Source of the DNA: Macrostomum hystrix
Lineage: Eukaryota; Animalia; Platyhelminthes
Length of the DNA stretch: 64,000 nucleotides
Direction of reading: 5' to 3'
Assembly: GCA_950097015.1 (NCBI GenBank)
Contig: CATNEN010000029.1
Coordinates: 558,001-622,000 of the forward strand
This document shows, in pieces, positions 1 through 12,961 of this stretch (position 1 is the first letter of the stretch; each line of letters starts with the position of its first letter). Position numbers and translations under genes: made by a program. The notes beneath the pieces are model-generated. The model ran no database searches. It saw only the letters and a list, made by a program, of their open reading frames with translations, and was not told the DNA's origin.

Positions 1-1414
1 TATCTCCTTGAATCCTTAATAGATGATGATTATTAATTTGATTTATCATTCTATATCCTCAATATCTCAACTTAAATATAGTCAACTTTTAATACTATAA
101 ATGTATTATTTATGTATTTTCAATTGGCGTTTGATTATTCATCTGGTTAACTGAGTTATAACTTATAACTAAGTTATAAGGGGTTGTAGCGCTACCACGA
201 GAACCTCTATCATCATACATGCGCAACCTCCCAAATCTTAGCCGGCTGTGTGACTTAGTTTTTGCTCTATTTATGACTTAGTCTGCTCTCATTTGCGACT
301 TAGTTCGTTTCATTGCTCTATTTATGACTTAGTTTGCTCTCATTTGCTCTCTTTTTCTCTCCCCTTTTTCCTTTTCTTCACGCCTTCCTTTTTTGTCCCT
401 TGGTCCCCCCTTTGATTTTTTTGCGCTTGGTCAATTGGTTTTTGCAATTTACCTTGCTTGGCCCTCGTTTCACCCAGCCGGTTTGGCCAGGTCGGCCGGG
501 TGTTGCACATGTATGTCTATCATTTGTAAGATAAAATAATTAACAAGCTGCAAAAGGACAGTCATTCAGATTTGAAGTTTGTGTCTCAAATTATTTTTGC
601 TTATCAGCTAATTAAAAAAATTTAAAACCTTTTCCAGAAATTTGGTTGTTTCAGGGACTAACTTGGTTCAAGGGTATAGTTTGGTCTTTGTGAGGTCAAG
701 ACTCAAGATGGCTCTCAGCAGGGCAAGAGTGGTCTTTGGGAGGATTGTTGCTCCTGCTTGTTGAAAAGGGAGAAATTAAGTCCTTGGGTGGTTAACCATG
801 TAACTGGACGAATAATCAAACTACCTTTTCAATTATATTAATGTAGGCCCACCATCCATCCTATTTACCCCTTACTATATACTAAAAATGTCTACAAAAT
901 AATTATTTAGCTTTGACTTTAAAATGCTAGCTAGGCCTAAAGCACAAATTCTAAATATTTCAATCAGTTACAGTCATAGTTTTGGGCACAGTTAATTGCT
1001 GAATGAAAAAATCTTACTAATGTTGCTGAAGAAAACAATTAGGGCCTAAGCCCTAAGGTTAAGACAAAAAGTACCTAAAAGAAAACATTAACAAAAAAAA
1101 TTAAAAATTGCTCCTAAACTAGAGATTCTAACTTACATGAATAAATTTAGCATTATCTATCCTAGTTCTAGTTCTGAACAATGTCAAGGTAGATAATCTG
1201 TGTCAGTCAGAGAGCTAACATGATAAAGAAGAGCTGCTAGGCCTAGGCCTAGAAATACTTAGGCCTAAGGCAATCTTGCAGTTTTGCATGTTTAATTTTT
1301 TTAAATTTTAAATTGTTTCAGACAGCAACATAACGAAACACAACATAACAAAATGCAACAGGAGACAACAAGAGACAGTCAGACACATGCTAGAAACCTC
1401 AGAGTCTGCACCAA

Positions 1415-1891
1415 TTACACGGGGTAGTAGTGAGCCACCCAGAATAGAAGATTCCCGAAGATCTTCCATGGGAAGCACCGGCACCAGAGAAACTCTTCTA
1501 GGTGTGTCTCGAATAGCACCTTTGATGTTCCATGCATCTGTATGGACCACAGTCTGGCCTTGACATGGGCCGATGTGCCTTCAATGGTGTTGGTATGGAC
1601 CATTGGATTGTTGGGGTCCACAAAGTTGAGCCAGTGATTGACAGTCACATGGTTTGCCACTTGCCAGTTGGTTGGCTTGATGATCCGATGGTCCATGATG
1701 ATCCGACTGCCAAGAAGCACATGACGGGCAATTATTTGCAGAAGAGTTGCCGCCAACCTGTCCCGAACAGCCACCATCATGCAGCAGTTGGAACCACACT
1801 CAATCATCCCGAGCACCCACTGCCCAAATGATGTGTAACACGTTCTGGCACCATTTTGAAAATAAAAATAATTAAATGTGCGAAACTGCAA
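1415..1891 (-). mobile_element. Decayed Merlin/IS1595-like (ISXO2-type DDE) transposase fragment
   Basis: Translation has Merlin/IS1595 motifs QWVLGMIE, VTVNHWLNFVDP, HTNTIEGT.AHVK and HLEEFLW. The expected central D-x-W segment is replaced by a short local duplication (gatgatccga twice, about 1678-1706), and no TIRs were found. Confidence 0.8.
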
Positions 1892-4444
1892 AATTGCCAG
1901 GCCTAATACTAGAGTAAGTTTAGTGCAATGATTTATTGCATTTAAGTATTATATGCATTCTAATACTTTCAGTTAAAGTTATAGGCATTTTTTAAATTAA
2001 TAAAATCACTCATCTAGCTGGCCTAGTAGTAGGCCTAGCTAGGCAGAGTATGTAAATGTAGCTAGCTGACTGACTGACTAAAATTTCTTCAGACAAACAA
2101 CCACGCGCGGGAGAAAGGCGCTGATGCAATCAAATAAACCAAGCAGTATCATCAGACAATTTCTAAAGATAAATCTGTTTGAACTTTAAAAGAAGCAACA
2201 AAAAATGTTTCTGACTATTAAATCCTTATGCAATTAGGCTAACCTTTGAATGAGCCAAAACTTAGGCTACTTAGCAAAATTACCTGTACATACGCTTTGC
2301 TTAAACGAAATATAGACGTGAAGAAAAACATTTTCTTTTTAGTCTTTCGCGAAGCAAAACTACATCACAAATGTAGATGCAACCCTAACCCAATTGCTAT
2401 ACAAATATGCAACTGAAAGCATCAGAACTATTTGTCACTTAATATTATGTGCATCGAATTTAAAAACACTTAAACGTACATCTTTCTTATAAAAATAATT
2501 ATAACAAGTAGTATTTCTACTACAGTATGATCAAGCGCAATGCTTGCATTTCAAACAGCGCTTCTTCTTAGATACTTTTTGCTCTTTCTGAAACAGATTC
2601 TTTATGCAACTTATATGTTCGCTATTGCTCTGCACATAACGGCTTTGTACACACTTTCAATTCAAAAGCTCTCATTTTTTCGGAGTAGATACAGCAAAAA
2701 AATATAGGCTTCTTCTTAGTTCCTTAATTGCAGCATCATTTAAACTATTTTGGATTGCTGATTTAGTCAAAAGTTTGGGATTCTAGTTCAAGTGTAGTGT
2801 GCATGACAACATGCATTACACGTTAAACAAAAAAATTAAAGAAGTGCAAAATGACGTGCTATGTGTCAAACTCTAAATGAATCAAATACGAGCGTAAAAT
2901 TTCATTTAACTATTAATTTTTTCTTTGGTTCTGCTTCTAGTGTTTTCATTGCGCTTACAGACAAACAATGCTCCTAGCGCATGGAGTATAATATAGTCAC
3001 TCATCAGTTAATTTTTTTCAAAACAGAATGAAATTAATGAGCAACAGTATCTGCGCATGGAGCTTCAAAATATTACTATAAAAGCCTGTGTTTATTTCCG
3101 CTTTGAAATCTAGTAGGTTGATGTAATTAGATGCTTTGTTACAATCAGATATCTATTTTGTCCCCTCGTCTACATGTTTCCTGGCCTGTTTGAATTGTTG
3201 ATTATAACTGCTTAAAAGGCAGTTAAATGGTACCGAGCTACTTAGCCTCCCTGCACATGGAATTTAAGAGCGATGTTGGAAGCCGCCCATTCCATGATCC
3301 AGTCAGCTAGATTGCATTCGACTTTTACAATCGAGTTATTCCAAATTTCTTTTTAGAGTTGACAATTCAAGTGCTTTTGAAATTTGCAAGTTATTTCTGG
3401 ATGTCGAGATATGCAGAGTAGCACTATACTTGTACATAGCTATAGTTGTTTACTCATTAATTTTTATTCTGAAAATAATCTGTAGCTAAATTTCGCATTC
3501 TCGTGACTACAGTTAAACGAAAATTCAGTCTAAAATGATCAGCTGCAGCAATGCAAATAGTGTTTTTTAATTCTACCGCATATTTACACCATCAACATCG
3601 TCTGTAAAGCACAATTCCTTGTGGAATTGGAAACCAATTGCTTCGGCTTATCGATGGCCGCTTTTAAGCGGGGCGATCCTTGTGACTACAGCATAACATG
3701 AGCCTGAGCACACAGTGAGCAAGCTATACGCTAACATTTTCACAGAGAATTTATATCACCCACCATGCTGGGATATCGAAGCAAGGGGATCAACAATGAC
3801 CATTAATGTGGGAGAGGAGAGAGAGGGAGAGCTAGAGAAAGATCACATAAAAGGAGCATTGGCTGGGCACTGTGCTTGGCTATATAGAAAATAACTTGAT
3901 CTAAGCAGCCCTTTTTGACACGGACAGCAAATGCAGAGCCAATCGAGTCGAGTAAAGGGTTCAAGACTGTTAGTATGACGGCCGCCACAGTCCACGCAGC
4001 CCCAGACACCAATGGGCATAAAAACGCATATTAAGTGGAATATTGTTGGCTACAATATTATGAGACCATTGCTTATGGGATCAATAATTGCATCGCACAA
4101 AAGTACGAGAATGTGAGTGTTTTTCTCCGTCTATTCAGCAAGTACACAGTTGAGAATATGATAAGCTTTACGAGCTACAGCTTTTACGCGCATTGCATAT
4201 TCTCTACGTGACTGCGAGCTACATACGAGTTACATAATATCACGAAGCAATGCGTATCGAATTCATTATTTTTTGTTTCCGATTTGTTTTCGGTAAAAGA
4301 GCGACCTGTTAATTGTACTTAACTTGAGTATATTCAACCCAACTGGGCTAGATTTGCAGTTAGCGGCACCAAACCAGGGTCGGTAAACTACCGGCCCTCG
4401 AAACTTCCAAATGCGGCCCGTTGCCCCTCCCGACACCTACAGTA

Positions 4445-7070
4445 TCCTGTCTCATCTCTCCACTGTCTCATCACTCCCGTGTCTCTTCTCTCCACTGTCT
4501 CATCTCTCCTGTGTATTATCTCTCCCGTGTCTCATCTCTCCTGTTTCTCATCTCTCCCGTGTCTCATATCTCCTGTGTATCATCTCTCCCGTGTCTCATC
4601 TCTGCCGTGTCTCATCTCTCCCGTGTCTCATCTCTCCTGTTTCTCATCTCTCCCATGTCTCATCTCTCCCGTGTCTCATCTCTCCCGTGTCTCATCTCTC
4701 CCGTGTCTCATCTCTCCTGTTTCTCATCTCTCCCATGTCTCATCTCTCCCGTGTCTCATCTCTCCCGTGTCTCATCTCTCCCGTGTCTCATCTCTCCTGT
4801 TTCTCATATCTCCCATGTCTCATCTCTCCCGTGTCTCATCTCTCCCGTGTCTCATCTCTCCCGTGTCTCATCTCTCCTGTTTCTCATCTCTCCCATGTCT
4901 CATCTCTCCCGTGTCTCATCTCTCCCGTGTCTCATCTCTCCTGTTTCTCATATCTCCCATGTCTCATCTCTCCCGTGTCTCATCTCTCCCGTGTCTCATC
5001 TCTCCCGTGTCTCATCTCTCCAGTGTCTCATCTCTCCCATGTCTCATCTCTCCCGTGTCTCATCTCTCCCGTGTCTCATCTCTCCCGTGTCTCATCTCTC
5101 CCGTGTCTCATCTCTCCCGTGTCTCATCTCTCCCGTGTCTCATCTCTCCCGTGTATCATCTCTCCTGTGTCTCATCTCTCCCGTGTCTCATCTCTCCCGT
5201 GTCTCATCTCTCCCGTGTCTCATCTCTCCCGTGTCTCATCTCTCCCGTGTCTCATCTCTCCCGTGTCTCATCTCTCCTGTGTCTCATCTCTCCCGTGTCT
5301 CATCTCTCCCGTGTCTCATCTCTCCTGTTTCTCATCTCTCCCATGTCTCATCTCTCCCGTGTCTCATCTCTCCCGTGTCTCATCTCTCCCGTGTCTCATC
5401 TCTCCCGTGTCTCATCTCTCCTGTTTCTCATATCTCCCATGTCTCATCTCTCCCGTGTCTCATCTCTCCCGTGTCTCATCTCTCCCGTGTCTCATCTCTC
5501 CTGTTTCTCATCTCTCCCATGTCTCATCTCTCCCGTGTCTCATCTCTCCCGTGTCTCATCTCTCCCGTGTCTCATCTCTCCCGTGTCTCATCTCTCCCGT
5601 GTCTCATCTCTCCCGTGTCTCATCTCTCCCGTGTATCATCTCTCCTGTGTCTCATCTCTCCCGTGTCTCATCTCTCCCGTGTCTCATCTCTCCCGTGTCT
5701 CATCTCTCCCGTGTCTCATCTCTCCCGTGTCTCATCTCTCCCGTGTCTCATCTCTCCCGCGTCTCATCTCTCCCGTGTCTCATCTCTCCCGTGTCTCATC
5801 TCTCCCGTGTCTCATCTCTCCCGTGTCTCATCTCTCCCATGTCTCATCTCTCCTGTGTCTCATCTCTCCCGTGTCTCATCTCTCCCGTGTCTCATCTCTC
5901 CTGTTTCTCATATCTCCCATGTCTCATCTCTCCCGTGTCTCATCTCTCCCGTGTCTCATCTCTCCCGTGTCTCATCTCTCCCGTGTCTCATCTCTCTCGT
6001 GTCTCATCTCTCCCGTGTCTCATCTCTCCCGTGTCTCATCTCTCCCGTGTCTCATCTCTCCCATGTCTCATCTCTCCCGTGTCTCATCTCTCCAGTGTCT
6101 CATCTCTCCCATGTCTCATCTCTCCCGTGTCTCATCTCTCCCGTGTCTCATCTCTCCCGTGTCTCATCTCTCCCGTGTCTCATCTCTCCCGTGTCTCATC
6201 TCTCCCGTGTCTCATCTCTCCCGTGTCTCATCTCTCCTGTGTCTCATCTCTCCCGTGTCTCATCTCTCCCGTGTCTCATCTCTCCCGTGTCTCATCTCTC
6301 CCATGTCTCATCTCTCCTGTGTCTCATCTCTCCCGTGTCTCATCTCTCCCGTGTCTCATCTCTCCTGTTTCTCATATCTCCCATGTCTCATCTCTCCCGT
6401 GTCTCATCTCTCCCGTGTCTCATCTCTCCCGTGTCTCATCTCTCCCGTGTCTCATCTCTCTCGTGTCTCATCTCTCCCGTGTCTCATCTCTCCCGTGTCT
6501 CATCTCTCCCGTGTCTCATCTCTCCCATGTCTCATCTCTCCCGTGTCTCATCTCTCCAGTGTCTCATCTCTCCCATGTCTCATCTCTCCCGTGTCTCATC
6601 TCTCCCGTGTCTCATCTCTCCCGTGTCTCATCTCTCCCGTGTCTCATCTCTCCCGTGTCTCATCTCTCCCGTGTCTCATCTCTCCCGTGTATCATCTCTC
6701 CTGTGTCTCATCTCTCCCGTGTCTCATCTCTCCCGTGTCTCATCTCTCCCGTGTCTCATCTCTCCCGTGTCTCATCTCTCCTGTGTCTCATCTCTCCCGT
6801 GTCTCATCTCTCCCGTGTCTCATCTCTCCTGTTTCTCATCTCTCCCATGTCTCATCTCTCCCGTGTCTCATCTCTCCCGTGTCTCATCTCTCCCGTGTCT
6901 CATCTCTCCCGTGTCTCATCTCTCCTGTTTCTCATATCTCCCATGTCTCATCTCTCCCGTGTCTCATCTCTCCCGTGTCTCATCTCTCCCATGTCTCATC
7001 TCTCCTGTGTCTCATCTCTCCCGTGTCTCATCTCTCCCGTGTCTCATCTCTCCTGTTTCTCATATTTCTG
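4445..7070. repeat. 16-bp minisatellite (GTGTCTCATCTCTCCC)n, about 160 copies
   Basis: Direct 16-bp periodicity. The unit has no stop codon in any + frame, which explains the three ORFs of about 870-890 aa. Confidence 0.97.
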
Positions 7071-7117
7071 AAGCTATTTTGAATTGAGAGTCTTGCTAAA
7101 GGACTCAAATTACTTTA

Positions 7118-7185
7118 CTAACTTGGGTGGTGATTCGAACTCGTGATCTCTAGGTCAGAAGAACAGAAGTTTAGCCACTAGCCTA
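7118..7185 (-). mobile_element. Degenerate tRNA-derived SINE head
   Basis: Minus strand reads GGCTAGTGGCTAA...GAGTTCGAATCACC, resembling A and B boxes. Confidence 0.4.
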
Positions 7186-7781
7186 CAAGCTCCTGAACTT
7201 TCCCAAGTACGAATATAAGCGCATTCATTATCAATCGACAATAAGTTATTCGATAGGACAATTTAAAATTTACATAATTCACTAACATCCACTTATATAA
7301 GAATAAACAATCCAATATAAATGCGAACGTATTTTACATGTATATTGTGTCCTTATCTATTATATAATAGTATGCACATGAATGCCCATATCCCAAAAGG
7401 CACATTTCAACCTGGGTGAATTCACTTCAACTCTACCCCTAGCCGCAAATCAGCATTGAACGCTACATTTGCCAAAGTAAAAGCTCCTATAGGAAAAAAT
7501 AAGACGGAAGATGTTAAGAAAAAGGTAGTGAAATGTTTTCCACACGCAGAACTGTGGCAAGCGGCAATACCAACGTTCAGCGCCAGTTTCTACTATCGTT
7601 GGAACTGGCATGGCAAAATCCGGCTCCGTCCCTTCAGTTTTAAAGCGTTCTGGGATTGGCTGCCAGAGGCTGACAGCCTCTCAACACTCTGTCGACACGA
7701 AAAACGGGCTGTATTTATATTTTCTACCGAATTAGGAACTTGGGAAAAGCGGCATTAGATAGCAGCCTGAACTGAAACAGC

Positions 7782-9276
7782 ATGCAAGCTTTCATTATCA
7801 TCGGCAATGGTTCGCACGAATGCGAAAATGCGACGCTACAGAATGAGCAGTACTTGGCTAGCAACTACCTACTGCGGCCCTATTATGGCCTGATGATTGG
7901 CCTAACACTGGCTAATAGCCTGCTCAACCTCATCTGCCTGCTCACTTTTAGATCAATGCAACCGATGCGTCGGTTTAACTTTCTACTGGCCCGACTGTCT
8001 ATGGTTGAGACCCTATTCCAGGTACGCGACGCTTTTCGGCGAGTTGCACTGGGGGGGACACCACACCCACCCTCAATTACCCCAGCTAATTCTGGCACCC
8101 ATTTAACAGATTGGCGAACTGAAGTAACGTGTAGTAAAGTGAGTCGGCAAGTAATTCGGGAATCGAACCCCCGACCACCAAGAACCCCCGACATGGAAAA
8201 TGAAAGCAACAAGCTCCCAAACATCACAGAGGTGGTAAAAATGGATTGATTTGGTTTAATGACAGCAGCTAACTGAAGTCTTTGTACCTAAAGTCTTTGT
8301 ATTACATGAGAATTCATCACTTCCATTTCGCATTATCCTCGACGCCGCCACGCAGGCAGCCTTCTGTTGCAACCAGACCCTCGTGCTGGTCATGGAATCG
8401 AATCGACTGTTGCTACCCAATCGACATCTCGCCCTGGCCGCGGCCGCCTTCCTTCCAGTCAGTATGTTCCTTTGTACAGCCACTCACGTAGCCAGAAACT
8501 GGGCCGTTGTGCTGATTGGCCGGCATCGCTGGCTAGCTGTGGTTCGATCCGATCGCGCCGTAGCCGACGAAGCCGCCGGCTCCGCCACCGATCGACGCCT
8601 GCTGACTGGCGGCGCCTTCCTCAGCGCCTGCGTCGCTCTGCCGCGACTCTTCGAACTCCAGCCGGTTGTGTGCGAGCCGGACAGCCAGGTGACTCACGTA
8701 GATCCGCTGCTGATTGGCCAGCCAGTGTACAGGCTAGCCTACCTGGGCAGCCTGCTGTGCCTGTTCCAGAATGCCGGGCCAATCTTATGCCTGACCTTCT
8801 TCAGTCTGGACCTGGCCCGCCGACTCGCCCGCCAGAGTCGTCGCCGCCTGTCCGTTCTCGGCTGCCGAAGTCGGCGTGCGCCCTGGAGCTCCGGCAATCG
8901 CACCGTGCTGCTTCTCTGCCTGCTCTTCTGCCTGTGCGAATGGCCGACGCTGCTGAAGAGCCTGGATCCGAACACGGTGCCTGGCCAGGCTGTGGCCTTC
9001 GTGGCCAACTTGCTCACCTGCCTGGACTCCACCTTGAACATCTTTGTTTACCACTGCTCGCACAAAGGCTTTGGCCAGGCTCTATCGGACCTGCTGTACG
9101 CCTGCTGCTGCTGGTGCCGTGGCGACATCGCCGAGAGGCGCCGCTCCCGCAGCCGCAGCCTGAGCGTTGCCTGCAGCGTTGTCCGCAGGCAGTCGAAGCA
9201 GCAGCAGCGGCTGCAGCATCCGCTGACTAGCGATGGTCGCGAACCGAGCATAGAGCTGCTGACATCAACGGCCTGA
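7782..9276 (+). CDS. Orphan class A (rhodopsin-like, peptide-receptor-type) GPCR, 2 exons, about 386 aa
   Basis: Exon 1 7782-8021 (CAG|GTACGC) carries NGS and NAT sequons plus TM1-TM2. Exon 2 8356-9276 (CGCAG|GCA, phase 0) carries TM3 ending IGRHRWLAV, TM6 CEWP, TM7 DSTLNIFVY and a Cys-rich helix 8. Seven hydrophobic segments in total. Confidence 0.85.
8090..8185 (-). mobile_element. tRNA-derived SINE fragment in GPCR intron
   Basis: Contains GGGAATCGAACCCCCGACC (B box on the minus strand) and a CACCCATTTAACAG core also seen at 13650-13770. Confidence 0.55.
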
Positions 9277-9534
9277 TGAGATCATTTCATCGTGTGACTA
9301 AATTTCTTCACACCGGATTCTACACACATTGGAGCATTGGATATTCCTGGACCTGTGATAACCTTTTGCACTTTTAGAGTAAACACGGGACCAATAAGAC
9401 AGGAGAAACAGGTTATGCAATCTGATTGTTAGCTCCAGTTTAAACTTAGATATCACTCCGTTAGATTTGGCAATAAATCCATTAGACAAGGCGGTAAGTC
9501 CATTACACTTGTCGATCGATCTGTTAGAACTTAC

Positions 9535-9720
9535 AGATCAACCTGTTAGACATTGTGATTAATCTGTTAGACATTGTGATCAACCTGTTAGACATGGCGA
9601 TGAACCTGTTAGACATGGTGAATAACCTGTTAGACATGGCGAATAACCTGTTAGACATGGCGGATAACCCGATAGACATGGCAATCAACCTGTTAGACAT
9701 GGCGAATTACCTGTTAGATA
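9535..9720. repeat. 21-bp minisatellite (AACCTGTTAGACATGGCGATC-like), about 9 copies
   Basis: Direct 21-bp periodicity; yields the spurious INLLDM ORF. Confidence 0.9.
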
Positions 9721-10467
9721 CACCAATAGCTGATTCCACTCAGTTGTTTAAATCCTTTTTATCTAGGTGAATTTTTCACAGTTTAACAATCAGTTTAGGT
9801 ATTTCAATTCATAATATCACTTTGTACAGTTATAAAAGTGCATGTACTCGTATGTCTACATAGCTAGTTTCACCATGCTCAATGTATATTTGCATATTTC
9901 GTGTAAAATTTTCACACACTGTAAAATAACTTAGATTTTTTATGTAAAAAATCGAAAAGCATCTATTTGTGTGTATGTGACACTAATAAAAATAGTCCAA
10001 TATTTAAATGCAACGGTAATCTCGTTAATGACCTCGTTAATCCCTCGTGTACCACCCTAGCAATGTACTCAGTAGGCTCTATATATAGTATATTTATAGA
10101 GCGAGTTTAAGCTAAGGCTAGGAATCTTGAAACCCGCCATGCACCCTCAACAACAAAAAATATGCACACCATTATGCTACAATGACAGGCGCTATTCTGG
10201 GCAGGTGTGTGATTAGCCAGAGAGAAAAACTAATCGTTGTTGACTAGTAACTATTTTTCTCTGAAGAAAATACTTTCTTCCCTGCAAGGGATATATTCCC
10301 ATATGGTCTGTCCAGTCATAATCCATAACAGTATTTTTTTCGGGGAAGAAAAACAAAACCCATTCAATAACAGGTGGAAGGATTCGCATTGAAATCCAAG
10401 TTATGATGTCAAGCATATATTGGCAAATCAAATCGGCAAAACATTCTATTAAGGCGTCTGGGATCTA

Positions 10468-11080
10468 TCATTAGTGGACTTAAATCCCTTCTCATCCGAT
10501 TCAATCAGTGGACTAAAATCCCTTCTCATCCCAGTCTAAAATCCCTTCTCATCCCAGTCTAAAATCCCTTCTCATCCCAGTCTAAAATCCCTTCTCATCC
10601 CAGTCTAAAATCCCTTCTCATCCCAGTCTAAAATCCCTTCTCATCCCAGTCTAAAATCCCTTCTCATCCCAGTCTAAAATCCCTTCTCATCCCAGTCTAA
10701 AATCCCTTCTCATCCCAGTCTAAAATCCCTTCTCATCCCAGTCTAAAATCCCTTCTCATCCCAGTCTAAAATCCCTTCTCATCCCAGTCTAAAATCCCTT
10801 CTCATCCCAGTCTAAAATCCCTTCTCATCCCAGTCTAAAATCCCTTCTCATCCCAGTCTAAAATCCCTTCTCATCCCAGTCTAAAATCCCTTCTCATCCC
10901 AGTCTAAAATCCCTTCTCATCCCAGTCTAAAATCCCTTCTCATCCCAGTCTAAAATCCCTTCTCATCCCAGTCTAAAATCCCTTCTCATCCCAGTCTAAA
11001 ATCCCTTCTCATCCCAGTCTAAAATCCCTTCTCATCCCAGTCTAAAATCCCTTCTCATCCCAGTCAATCAGTGGACTAAA
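10468..11080. repeat. Homogeneous 23-bp array (TCTAAAATCCCTTCTCATCCCAG) x23 flanked by longer parent-type sequence
   Basis: Identical 23-mers 10535-11063. The parent-type TCAATCAGTGGACTAAA segment appears at both ends. Confidence 0.95.
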
Positions 11081-11794
11081 GTAAATACTAAAATTTTGTC
11101 CACTGTTTGATTGCCCTTCAAAGTTTGCCTTTTGCAAAATACTGCCATTGCTATTTAATTTGCTAATAGCTAACTAATCCTCTCCCTGTACAAAAGTAGA
11201 CTCAAATAGACTCAAGTCAAATGAAGGCTTAGCAAATAACTAACAGTTTAGATTAAACTGAATCCGGTTGCTAAATCCCCCTAGATCCCTCTAATATCCC
11301 ATCTCTCATTATTCAATCTACCATACTGATAGAAAACTCCCAACATTTTATCTGCTCCATTATTTTCTGAAAAAGCATTTTCCACATTATACTAGATAAA
11401 ATTGATTAAAAACGTTTTATTTCTCCAAAAAATCTAAAGAAAGATACAATTTGTTGGCCATACAATCCTTATCAGCACAATATTCTTGGTCAATCTTTCA
11501 GAAGTCGAAAAGGCAAACAACATTTCGATAGGAAGAATTAGGTTTTTGGTTTCCCAAAAATACGAGTAGTTAGCTAAGCCGAGATTAAATAAACAGCTAG
11601 GAAACTATTAATCCCCTGGATTATTTTCGATTCATGCCAATCAAGGACCCTCGGCGATGACTTGATCTGGGCTCTAAAGTGCATGCCAAGTTTCGGCTTT
11701 GGAATGAAGGTTAGGAACGGAATATCTTGACTTCGGTATAATTCGAATTCTAGTGCTAGCCACTTATCAGGTGTTACTTAGGAAGGCTATTGCG

Positions 11795-12700
11795 ACCTTC
11801 AAGGAAAGGATGACGATCTTCAAGGAAGGGATAAATATTTTTAAGGAAGGAATAAATATTTTCAAGGAAGGGATAAAGGTCTTCAAGGAAGGGATAAAGG
11901 TCTTCAAGGAAGGGATAAGTATTTTCAAGGAAGGGATAAAGATCTTCAAGGAAGGGATAAAGATCTTCAAGGAAGGGATAAAGATCTTCAAGGAAGGGAT
12001 AAGTATTTTCAAGGAAGGGATAAAGATCTTCAAGGAAGGGATAAGTATTTTCAAGGAAGGGATAAAGATCTTCAAGGAAGGGATAAAGATCTTCAAGGAA
12101 GGGATAAAGATCTTCAAGGAAGGGATAAGTATTTTCAAGGAAGGGATAAAGATCTTCAAGGAAGGATAAAGATCTTCAAGGAAGGGATAAAGATCTTCAA
12201 GGAAGGATAAAGATCTTCAAGGAAGGGATAAAGGTCTTATAGGAAGGGATAAAGGTCTTCAAGGAAGGGATAAGTATTTTCAAGGAAGGGATAAAGATCT
12301 TCAAGGAAGGGATAAATATTTTCAAGGAAGGGATGAATATTTTCTAGAAAGGAATGACGATCTTCAACGAAGGGATGACGATCTTCAACGAAGGGATGAC
12401 GATCTTCAACGAAGGGATGACGATCTTCAACGAAGGGATGACGATCTTCAACGAAGGGATGACGATCTTCAACGAAGGGATGACGATCTTCAACGAAGGG
12501 ATGACGATCTTCAACGAAGGGATGACGATCTTCAACGAAGGGATGACGATCTTCAACGAAGGGATGACGATCTTCAAGGAAGGAATGACGATCTTCAACG
12601 AAGGGATGACGATCTTCAAGGAAGGAATGACGATCTTCAACGAAGGGATGACGATCTTCAAGGAAGGGATGGCGATCATCAAAGAAGGGCCTTTGAAGAT
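11795..12700. repeat. Bipartite 21-bp minisatellite (TCTTCAAGGAAGGGATAAAGA then TCTTCAACGAAGGGATGACGA)
   Basis: Two related 21-bp unit types in adjacent blocks, switching near 12345-12360. Confidence 0.95.
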
Positions 12701-12961
12701 CTTCAAGGAAGAGATAACGACCTACAAAGTTCTACAAGGATGTACGAGTATAAAAAGGTAACAGATGCATGCAAACAGGGCATGTAACGATCTACATGTA
12801 ATGGTTGGCTAGACAGATACAATTTCAATAAACGAACTCGTATGTCATATTAGCTTTGTCTATGGCAGAATCAGCTAATTTTTTCACGTTAAAATGGGAA
12901 CAACTAAATATTTTAGCGAGTGCAATATCGCTTTCGACCAAATCAGCGGATTTCGACAATT

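Noticed and set aside
4411-7087. Three overlapping ORFs of about 870-890 aa
   Set aside because: They are translations of a stop-free 16-bp tandem repeat; all three frames give the same periodic peptide.
11753-12761. IFKEG/IFNEGM repeat ORFs
   Set aside because: They arise from 21-bp minisatellite units, are open on both strands and are broken by 1-bp deletions.
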